Positions 23,056-33,232 of a stretch of 64,000 nucleotides of DNA are shown piece after piece. Source of the DNA: Azolla caroliniana (Eukaryota; Plantae; Polypodiophyta); contig JBHGNT010000006.1 in assembly GCA_043228905.1 (NCBI GenBank), positions 744,001 through 808,000 on the forward strand, in the 5' to 3' direction. Positions within the stretch are counted from its first letter, which is position 1. Every line of letters begins with the position of its first letter. The position numbers were made by a program, and so were the translations under genes. The notes beneath the pieces are model-generated. The model was given only the letters and a program-made list of their open reading frames with translations. It was not told the DNA's origin and searched no databases.

Positions 23056-23545
23056 TGTCGATGAAGCTTTCTTTCTTCTTTTCTTTCTCTCTCGAACATG
23101 ATCTATGTAGTTGCACTACGATAGCGATGAGTCGGTTCTTCTTGAACGTTGGCGTAGAACACACCACACGTGGATGTGCTAGATCGGGCTATCAAACCAC
23201 TCTGATACCATGTAAAGAATAGAATATGATTCTTGTGAATTGGAAGAGATGTGTGTTATATTGCGCTCATGACCCGCCACAACCGGTTACTGTTCGTATA
23301 TTCGTGTGCAAGAAGTAACGCTCAGACAGAAAACCGAAGAACAGAATAACTAAAAACAGAGAACACACAGATTTTACCATGGAAACCTGAACTGGGAAAA
23401 ACCACGTGGAGTCCACTTGCTCCAAAATACATCACTATGATGATGAGGGGGGTACAACAAGAAACTTAGAGGAACCAACCTCAAGTTCTTCTTCATCAAC
23501 AAATGGCTATGGAGTATCACACTTTGATACAATGCTCTACCTTTG

Positions 23546-24073
23546 TGTTGGGATTTCGGTCCCTCCGGATGGGATCTTGAGAACCGGATGACTAGGACCC
23601 GGTGAGAACCGGATGTAGAAGACTCGATGAGAACCGGATGTAGAAGACATAATTGTAAATATGTTTTTTAGTAAGCCCATGGAGGCTATATTTGTAAATA
23701 GTCCTAAAGGCATATTAGTATAAATATGACCTAAGGCATACACTTATTAGTGATGTTGTCATATTGTTGTATAGAGTGCGATAGAGAGAGAGAGAGAGTG
23801 TGTGTGTAAGATATAGAGAATTACTCTGTTGTAACCGCCGGTTGGCGTAGATATAGAGCTCGAGGTCGTTGCCTTTGAGGCTTTGAGTGTACCTTTCTCA
23901 TATAGTGATAGTTGGATTCTGTGGGCTCCCGTGGTTTTTCCCATTCAGGGTTTTCTACTAAACATCCTGTGTATTTCCTTGTGTACTTTCTATTTACCAT
24001 TTCTGTGTTTCGTTTCAAGTGAAGTGTTCAAGACTCGGTTGTGGCCGAGCAATATTCCGTGCTATTCTCATCA
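23546..24073 (+). mobile_element. Solo LTR of a Tork-like family
   Basis: Starts TGTTGGGATTTCGGTCCCTCCGGATGGG like T1 and ends TCATCA. Perfect TSD CTTTG. Confidence 0.92.
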
Positions 24074-24575
24074 CTTTGATCATATTCGACCATGCTTTCC
24101 ACATCTCTTTGATCGAGCCCAATCCTTGCATGAATTCCTCTCACAACCACAATGTGCACTCTCGATTGCAACATTCATTGGTAAAGTTCTTGAACATCGA
24201 GAGTCACTACTCACTTTCACATGTATCATGTGAAATGCAATATTTTTGGTCTCATAGGTCATATTTGACCTCTGAAGACGATAATATAATCTATCTATCT
24301 CACACGTTCTCTCAGTTATGGAGCCAACTACCCCGTTCTAACTATCTCACCATAATGATACACATATAATGATTGCCCTAGATGTTTATATACTAGTAAA
24401 ACTTTCGGACTTTTTACAAGTATAGCTCACAGAGGCTTATTTCGACTATTTACAAATATAGTCTCCCGAGTTGGTTGTCTACACGATTTCGGTTTCGGCC
24501 TCGGTTGAGTTCCTCATCAAGTCAACTCTTCTCTCTTCCCATCCGGAGGGACATGTTTCCCAACAAACTCCCCCT

Positions 24576-26749
24576 TCACTTCGGCATGGGGTACTTCACC
24601 AGTTCGACCCTCTGTCGGCACGTGTTCAGCTTTTCGGTTGACAACATGTTTGTCAACATGTCCAATCCATTCTCGGTCGTGTGAACCTTCACCAGAGCAA
24701 ACTCCTTCTCTTCTACTCGCTCTCGGAGCCAATGGTATCTCCTCTGGATGTGTTTGGTCCTCGAGTGGTAGGCGGCATTTTTCACAAGGTGGATGACACT
24801 CCGATTATCACAATAGAGTTGGAATTCTTCCAGCTGAATACCCAATTCACTGATAAACTCCGTCATCCATATGATTTCCTTGCCAGCTTCCATTGCGGCC
24901 ATATACTTGGCTTCCGTGGTCGACAGAGCCATGGCCTTCTACAACCTCAATTGCCACGAGACAACTCCCCATGCATACGTCATTACGTATCCGGATGTGG
25001 ATCGACTGGTATCTACATCAACGGACATGTCTGAATCCATGTAACCTTTCAATGTGGGATTACTTGAGCTGAAACAAAGACACATATTCGAGGTGCCTCT
25101 CAGATACCAAAGTATCCACTTCACAACAACCCAATGCTCTTTGTCGGGATTGCTCATATATCGGCTGACCACTCCGACTGCGTATCCTATGTCCGACCTG
25201 GTACAAACCATTGCATACATCAGGCTTCCAACCACCGAGGCATAATGAACCTTTTCCATCTCGGCCTTTTCTGTTCTCGATTTCAGATATGGGTCTTTAC
25301 TCAGCTTGCAGCTCGTCGGCAGTGTCGAGCCGACCGGTTTTGCGCTCTCCATGCTGAATCCCTGGAGCACCATTGTCACATACTTTTCTTGTGATAGCCA
25401 CAACGGTTTCCTTGTTCGATCCCAAACAATGTGCATCCCCATGATTTTCTTTGCCGGACCCATATCCTTCATCGAGAATGACCTACTCAAGGCCTTGTTC
25501 AACACTTGGATCTTCATATGGTCTTGTTCGACAATTAACATGTCGTCCACATACAATAGGAGGATGAGAGAATCTCCTCCTTCAAACTTCTTCACAAACA
25601 TACAGTGATTGGCCTGCATTTTTTGGTACCCATTGTCGGGGAGCTTGCTTTAGTCCATATAAGCTCTTCTTCAACCGGCATACCAGGTGCTCCCCTTTTC
25701 TGACGAATCCTTCCAACTGTTGCATGCAGATCTCTTCTTCAAGGTCTCCATGTAGGAACGCCATCTTGACGTCTAGTTGCTCTACCTCAAGGTCCATGCT
25801 TGTTGCTATGCTCAACACTGTCCGGATGGATGTCATCTTCACTACCGGGGCAAAGATCTCATCTAAATCCACTCCTTTCTTCTGCTGGAAGCTCTTCACC
25901 ACAATGCGGGCTTTATACCTTGGTGGATTTCCAGAGTTCCCTGGTTTCAACTTGTACACCCACTTGTTCCGGAGTGCCCTCTTTCCTTTTGGCAACTCCG
26001 TCAGCTCATATGTATGGTTCTCATGCAGGGAATCCATCTCATCCTGCATGGCACTCAACCACTTGAGGCTGTGGGTGTCGTTTTTTGCTTCTTCAAAACA
26101 TTCTGGCTCCCCCTCATCAGTCAGCAACACACGCTCTGCATCCGGAAATCTCCGGGGGGCTCTTCTCTCTCTAAGAGGATATCTTCTTCCTTGGTTCTTG
26201 GCTACCGGTTCCTCCGTTTGTTCTTCATCCGAATCCGATTCAGGGTCTTGTCCGGTTCCAATGTCCTAGTCTTCTTTTCGATCAGTTTGGTCTAGATGGT
26301 TCTTCGAGTGTTATCTGGATTCCGGCCAGATGGGTCCCATCGGTTGATCCATGCATTTAGGCGAGACAACCGCACACCTTCAGATGCCGGTAAGTCACGT
26401 CTTTACCGGTCCATACTTTTTGCGGTGAGTCTCCTTCCAAGGGTGATGAGGGTGATCTATTTATCACATAGGTCGCTGTCATCAGCGCCTCAGCCCAGAA
26501 CGTCTTGGGTAACTTTGCATGTGCTAGCATACTCCAGACTCTCTCCATTAGAGTCTGGTTCATCCTCTCGGCCAATCTGTTTAGCTCTGGTGTCTCCGGC
26601 ACAGTAAATTCAAGTCGGATTCCCTTCGATCAGCAATACTCCTCGAACTACCCCCGATATTCTCCTCCGTTGTCCGCTCGAACCGCCTTTAGCTTCCGGT
26701 CGGTTTCCCTTTCCACTCTCGCGTGGAAGTCCTTGAAGACGGACAATAT
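24576..26749 (-). pseudogene. Element C integrase (3' part), RT and RNase H remnant
   Basis: ADNGGEY, LAERMNQT, LDVKMAFLHG, YVDD and ALSTTEA motifs, with deletions and frameshifts. Confidence 0.9.
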
Positions 26750-27094
26750 TGTTAGGAAACAGGTCCCTCCGGATGGGAAGTGAGAAGAACAGTACTGGTG
26801 AGCAAACACGGCCGAGGCTGATAGGTCGAGGCCGAATCCGGATGACGAGTACCCGGCTACGGAAGACCCGGTGAGAACCGGATCACAAGCACCCGACAAG
26901 AGCTGGATGGTGAGGGCCCGGTGAGAAGTGCTCACCGGATGAAGGGACATATTCGTAAATATGTTTTCTGAGAGTCCATCGGGGCTATATTTGTAAATAG
27001 CCGAAAAGTCATATATGAGTTAGGGCAAACTTAGAGTATGTTGTTGTAGTAGTTGTTGTCATTCTTGTTGGCGCGAGATTAGAGCGCAACAGTG

Positions 27095-27147
<53 letters not shown>

Positions 27148-28735
27148 GAAAAGTTCGTATCTTTGTTGTAACCGCTGCTTGTGGCGAAGACAGTGAACAA
27201 GAGGTTGTTGCCTCTATGTTCATCTATTGTATATTGTTATATAGTGATAGTTAGCAGTCAGTGGACTGCCATGGTTTTTTCCTGTGTTTGGGTTTTCCAC
27301 GTAAACATCCTGTGTACTCTTCTCCATTGTGTCGTGCATTCATTCCCGTTTCCTGTGTTTGATTCTAAGTTTGGTTGTGCCCGAGCGTTGTTCATCGGGA
27401 GCGTGTAGTTCTTGACAAAGTGGTATCAGAGAGAAACAACACAGAAAATGGACGAATCGTTGGGAGGTATGTTCAAGCTCACCGGCTCCAACTATTCGGT
27501 GTGGAAGTCGAAGATGAGGGACATGCTCGTAGTTAAAGATCTTTGGTTGCCGGTTCAGTTCGGGGACAAGAGACCGGACAAAATCGACACCACGATATGG
27601 GAGGTGATGCACATGAAGACAACGGCGTACATACGGTGCTTCATCGACATGCGTCTATACAACAACTTCAATGAAGAGAGCAAGGCTCATGAGCTCTGGG
27701 AGAAGATCAACATTATGTTTCAAAACAAAAATGATGTTAATCAGGTTTCGGTATTTCGGAAGCTAGTAAAACTCCAGTAACAAGATGGCTCCAGCATGGC
27801 GGAGCACATGAACGCCTTCTAGGCGCTGATCCACCAGGCAACATCTTTGGAAGTACCTCTTGCCGATGAGGTACTAGCACTAGTCCTGCTCGGTTCCCTC
27901 CCAGATAGTTGGGAGACGTTGGTTGGCACTTTGGGCAACGCCGGGCTGGAAGGGAAATGATTATCCCTAGCAAGAGTGAAGTCGAGCTTGCTAGATGAGG
28001 AGGCGCGTCGGAAAGATAAGGATACGAGCTCCGACTCCAAAGCGCTCCTTACCGAATCGGAACGCGGAAGACAAAGGAACCGTTGTCGCGTTGTTACGCG
28101 CGTACGTGTAGAAGGGGCGGGACCACCTGGGTCTCGGACTAGGGAGTGGAGGAGAAAGAATAGGACATGATATGGAGGCTTAGCTCAAGAGGAGAAGAGG
28201 AAAGAATAAGACCACGACATAGAAGGAGAGATCGGCGGAGGCAAGATGTTCAACAAGTTCTATATTAAACAACAAATGGTTACAACAATGGTGGCCACAT
28301 GGGCCGCACCAAAACGACTATGAGAAAAACCTAACCGAAGATGAATAAGGAAACCCTAATCGAAACCCTAACCCTAAAACGGTAAGAACTCTAGGCTAAG
28401 TGGTATACCTCTCATACGCAAAATAGGCAACCCCTTCATAAGTGACCCCTCCCTTCCTTTTATAGCCCAAGGAGGGAGGGACCTTACAATGTGGGACAAA
28501 AATTTCCCCTCTTTCTATACACCATATCCTAGTATACATGTGCACATGTTGCACACCACCGACTTGCCCCTTCCACCCCGGTTTCCGCCTATAGACGAAA
28601 ATCTTCACGACATCCACCCTCACCAAACCGCACATCCACCGGTATGTGCCAAGAAAGGAAAAGGGTGAGAGATTTCGGCGACGGTAATTAACCGGGTCTT
28701 TCGCCTTACCGACACCCAACCGCCTTGCCGGTCCC

Positions 28736-30198
28736 TTACTGGCGCCGATCCGTCTTGCCGGCCCCGACCCGCCGACTCCATCCGATCCACCACGTCCACC
28801 GCGTTTCCCCGAACCGTCGGCTCCATCCTATCCGCCATGTCCGGCGCATGCACCTTCTTCTTCGACCGGCCATCCCGAACACCATTGCCGATCCGGTCTC
28901 CCTTCCTTCGCTCACTGCGCATGTCCTCCGGTTAGACCCCTGATTACTTCGATTGCTCGTCGGGTGCCGCTCCTCGCGTATCGCGTGTGTTCCACCTCCG
29001 GCTCGACCTTCTCCTCGCCCCGAACACCTCGTACCGACTCCCTTCGTTCTGCACTCGGCTTCCGTAGGCACTTTCCGTGCGTCGTTGTCGTCCATCAAAT
29101 GTGTGCTCGTTCTTCGGTCCTTACGTGACCCCATTACGCGCTCCTTGCTTCTCCCTTGCTCGTCGTGCTCTCTTGCCGTAGAGCGTACCGTCATCCCGAC
29201 CACCATGTCAATGTCCTTCGCGACTCCCATTACCGCTTCATCCCGACTCTCGTCCTCTTGGCCCGCTTGGCCTCGCATGCCTTCCGGGAAGCCGTGCTTC
29301 CTCTTCCTGGCGCGTAGCCCGTTGCTCTCCACGCACCATCCTTCGCTCTCGCCACCCATCCGCCGATCTCGGCACCTTACGGCTTCGTCTCTCGCCGCGT
29401 TCTTGTCTCTCAAAGGCTCGACCGGTCCACCGTTGCCGGTCACTCGTTGCCGCTCTTCCGAGTGCATGCTTACTTCTTGGCCCTTCGCTGGCCGTAGTGC
29501 ATGCTCCGTTTTACGCCGTAGTGCATACTTCGTATTACGCGCCTCATCCATCGTAGACCTGACCTCCGCGTCGGTCTCTTCGTTCATTCTTGCCGTAGCC
29601 CCTTTCGACTCCGGCTTGCCGTCTTGGCCGTGCTCATCCGTCTTCACGTACCGGGTACCCGTTCTAGTGGCCTCGTCAGTTCCGGTCTCCGACTCCTCGC
29701 CGCCACCCGTCGTGTCTCCGGTCTTATGTTGATCCGCAACCGCCGAAGTCTCAAGGATAGATGTGGAGGGCTCCTCTTGCTCTCGGTCTTCTGCCAAGCC
29801 GTAGTCACCGTGCCCGGTTAGCTTCCTTCTCGCGCTCACCGGCTCCCACCGGGTGTTGTGGCCTGTTCGCTTCGACCTCCAACGGTGCCAACTTTGCCTT
29901 CGCCCGGATCGGTCTCGGCCGATCGAGTTCCGGTTAGGTCGGCTCCCTTCCGTAATCGTAACCGGCCGGTAGATGTTTGTCCGAACAAATCCGACCTTGC
30001 CAGCTCTTATTCGGTTTGGGCCCGATTGACCAGACCCCGCTCCAATGTTCTTCCACGTCGTCTTCCGGTCATGTCGGATTATCGACCGGTCCATCTTTCG
30101 GTCGGGTTGGTTCCCGACTCTCTCCTCTTTGCCGCTCCTGACCTCTCCGTCGGTCCTCTCGTATATGCCCGTTCCGGGCCTCGCGTCCTCATCTTCGT
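28736..30198 (-). pseudogene. Element E ORF, C-terminal part (Arg/Gly/Glu/Thr-rich, low complexity)
   Basis: Long stop-free frame that joins in frame to 37529-38963 when F and one TSD copy are removed (..GANT-YEDEDAR..). Confidence 0.75.
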
Positions 30199-31009
30199 AC
30201 GTTGTCGTGAAGAAAACCGTCCATAGGCGGGATCGGCGCACCTAGGCGTGGGAACCGGTTCTTCACGTGCGCAAGCTCCAAGTCGTACATAAAAGCGAAT
30301 TAGGAGGATAATCGGCAGGAACGGGCCCTAACTCAAGTGGAGACAAAGACCGCGCGAACAGTCTTTTCGGTCGCGCGCGCGAACTGCACGAGTCGGCGGC
30401 GTAACTACGCGGATGCGTGAAAAACGGAGCGGATCCCTGTCCAAAAGGGACAGGGAATAAAGCTGATAGGACGGCCTGCTCGTCGGCCTATATAAGGAGG
30501 AGGAAAGAGCTGTTGCAGGGATCTCGGGGGGAGGGGAGGACGAAGTGCTGCCGGACCGTTTCTGGGCGCTTCTCTCTCTCTCTCTCTCTGCGTTTCCTTC
30601 CTTCTCGAGCTCCAAAGCTTCTGTGCAGGGTTCCGGGAAGGCTCGCGCTGTTTCGAGGAACGCCCGAGTGCTTCCGGCAGCACCTCCGACCTGCTACCCC
30701 GTTTGTGCGTCGAAGCGAACAGGCATCGGCATCTGTTCGCTGGCCTGTTCGGTTGTAACCAACCTGTGCCCCATCGAGGGTTGTAGTCGTGTTAGCCATT
30801 TTGTTAATATACATCTTTAGTCGTTCGCATCTGTCTGTGCCGGTGTCTGTTCGCGTTCTCCGTGCTGAAGGGCCGTGTCCCTGCGTATCCCCGGTCCTGC
30901 GTAGCCGGTTCTCTCTCTTTCTCCCCCCCCCCCTCGCTTGCTCTTCGGTTCGAGGCCCCCGCGGTCCCGCCTCATATCCACACGCACTTGCGAAATATCT
31001 CGACATCTT

Positions 31010-31027
31010 TGGTGAACCCGACGTGAA
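31010..31027 (+). promoter_or_regulatory. Primer binding site complementary to plant cytosolic tRNA-Trp(CCA)
   Basis: 18-nt complement of TTCACGTCGGGTTCACCA, the 3' end of plant tRNA-Trp as recalled. Identical copies at 38980-38997 (-) and 53743-53760 (-). Confidence 0.88.
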
Positions 31028-31049
31028 AGAGGCGGCAGAAGAGCGGAAG

Positions 31050-33176
31050 ATGAGGGGGTCGGATCTCGCAGAAGCCATGGCTTCGGCCGTGGATCGGATT
31101 GTAAACGCGCGCGAGAGCACCGGTGCCCTCGACAGAGCTATTGAGGCGGTCGTCGGCACGATTGGCCGGTTCGGTGGGAAGGATGCCACGAAGTATTTGG
31201 CGTCCTACGGTGCAGAGATGCTGATGCGGGACATTCCGGAAGAAAGGCGTCTTGCCGGATTTCCCCGAGTGGCGATGCCGAGCATCCATGCGGAGGTGCT
31301 CGAGGTGCGGACGGAGAGCCGTACCTGGGAGGAGTTCGAAGGTCGGCTCCTGGAGAAATACGGGCTGGACGACGCGCTCCGGCTTTCGAAGCGAAGGTTC
31401 ATGGAATGGGTGGAGTCCCCGGGGAAGGGAAGAAACGCGTCGGCGCTCCTCCGGGAGTTCGAGGAAAACTTTGCGCGCCTTTCGGCGCTCGACCGAACCA
31501 TCCTGGACACGAGCCGGGTCTTGCTGTTTGTCAAGTCGGTCGACGAGCGGGATCGGGAACAAGTGGGCCTCTTGCTGGAAACCGAAGACGGGCTCACTAC
31601 CGACTGGGCGGCTGTCAGGAAGGTCTGTGGCCGTTTCGACAAACGGCGAGAATGGGCGGATAACGGGGCGACCGGGTCGGGCCCGGTCGCAGCAAGGAAG
31701 CTCGAACCAGCGCCACAGGTGCGCAAGGAAGAGACCCGGGAGTGGTTGGAAACCGGTTCGGCTTCGACCGGCGTAGTCAGAGGCTCAACCGGAGGAGCAG
31801 CGCTGGAGGAATTGACGAAGGCGATAAAGGACCTCCAAATCGCGCAGGCCCGAAGGGAAGGAGGCGAACCGGCTCGTGACCGACGGCCGGCGGCGGGAAA
31901 CAGGTGCATGTGGTGCGATGAAATCGGCCACATTCGGAAGGATTGCGGCGACTTCGCGGAGGCGCTGAGGGACAGGGTGGTGTACCTATGGGAAGGACGG
32001 GTGCATGCCAGCGACACCCGAAGGGCCCTGAGCCGAAACGACGGAAAGGGTGGCATGAAAAGGTTGATGGAAGAGGCGGCGGCCCGACACGCGGAAACCG
32101 TCCACTACTCGGCGTCGGCCGGCATTCGAGTCGGGGGCGGCGAGGCCCGAAGGGAAAGCAAAGCCGGATTCTGGCCGACGATGCTGGAAGGCCTTGCCGG
32201 TGCAAGGCTTAAAGGGGAGGAATCGGATAGTGCGGAGAAACGGGTACGGGAGATGACCGGGTGGAGCGACCCGGTCGAGGAAAGGACGGGCTTCGTGGAA
32301 GCCGCGTGCCGGAACTACGAGGCTCTGGTAGAAGAGAAGCGGGTGGGGAGACCCGGGACGACCGGGCCCTCACAACGATACGAGACCCGGTCCGGGCCAC
32401 GACGGGACGAAGCCGGCGGGGCCGGCACGCAAGACAAACCCCAGAAGGGCGGGTACCGTCTGGGGACGGAGATAGAAAGGACCACGGACTTACGAAAGGT
32501 CCTGGAGGAACGGATCCTCGACAGCAAGGTGGAGCTGTCGTTACGAGAGGTGCTGGGAATCGCCAAGAAGGAGTTCCACGACTCCATCGTGGACTTGGTG
32601 AAACGGAAGAGGCTGTCGACGGAGACAGAACCGGAAAGACCGGTGGAAGTGCGGACGACGCACCTAGACGACATGGCGCTGGGAGACGAGTGGGCAGAAA
32701 GCCACTATTCGAGACCACACTGGGCCCGAGCGACCACGGAGACCCCGGTGAAGATCGGCGATGTCCGGGAACCGGTGATAGCTTTGGTGGACCACGGATC
32801 GGAGATCAATTTGATGTCCATGGACTTCTATAAGAAGGGCAAATGGCCGATCAACACCAAGCACGGGTGGAAAATAAGGGCGGCAACGCGCGCCACCGAG
32901 GAACTGCACGGGGCCTGTCCGAATGTGCGAGTCAAGATTGGCGACGTCGAGATTGACCAGCACTTCTTCGTGCAGGAGACGTCTTCGCATCCGGTCATTC
33001 TGGGAGAGCCGTACATCACGGCGGCGCGAATGGAGACCAAAGTGCTGGACAATGGTTCGGCCTACGCGAGGGTCAAAAGCCAAGACGGGCGCCATTCGGT
33101 CCAGTTTCTGACGGTAAGGCCGAACCACGAACGTAACCGCGATTCCCTCGGTTCCGAAAACCGAGAGGATTTTTAG
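31050..33176 (+). CDS. Element F ORF1: Gag, zinc knuckle, DUF4100-like region and aspartic protease
   Basis: CMWCDEIGHIRKDC knuckle, LEERILDSKVELSLREVLGIAKKEFHD block, and ALVDHGSEINL...VILGEP protease signature. Ends EDF*. Confidence 0.9.
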   Translation: MRGSDLAEAMASAVDRIVNARESTGALDRAIEAVVGTIGRFGGKDATKYLASYGAEMLMRDIPEERRLAGFPRVAMPSIHAEVLEVRTESRTWEEFEGRLLEKYGLDDALRLSKRRFMEWVESPGKGRNASALLREFEENFARLSALDRTILDTSRVLLFVKSVDERDREQVGLLLETEDGLTTDWAAVRKVCGRFDKRREWADNGATGSGPVAARKLEPAPQVRKEETREWLETGSASTGVVRGSTGGAALEELTKAIKDLQIAQARREGGEPARDRRPAAGNRCMWCDEIGHIRKDCGDFAEALRDRVVYLWEGRVHASDTRRALSRNDGKGGMKRLMEEAAARHAETVHYSASAGIRVGGGEARRESKAGFWPTMLEGLAGARLKGEESDSAEKRVREMTGWSDPVEERTGFVEAACRNYEALVEEKRVGRPGTTGPSQRYETRSGPRRDEAGGAGTQDKPQKGGYRLGTEIERTTDLRKVLEERILDSKVELSLREVLGIAKKEFHDSIVDLVKRKRLSTETEPERPVEVRTTHLDDMALGDEWAESHYSRPHWARATTETPVKIGDVREPVIALVDHGSEINLMSMDFYKKGKWPINTKHGWKIRAATRATEELHGACPNVRVKIGDVEIDQHFFVQETSSHPVILGEPYITAARMETKVLDNGSAYARVKSQDGRHSVQFLTVRPNHERNRDSLGSENREDF

Positions 33177-33232
33177 AGAGGACTGCCAAGGCGTGGGGCC
33201 GCGTCAGTCCGGATGCTCCGGGAAACCCCCAC
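33167..33232 (+). promoter_or_regulatory. Predicted programmed -1 ribosomal frameshift signal
   Basis: G_GAT_TTT heptamer at 33167-33173, 6-nt spacer, stem 1 GGACTG/CAGTCC and stem 2 GTGGGG/CCCCAC. Conserved in G and H. Confidence 0.8.

Noticed and set aside
30789-31049. N-terminal extension of F ORF1 into the LTR
   Set aside because: Non-ATG start inside the LTR and absent from G; the ATG at 31050 is shared.
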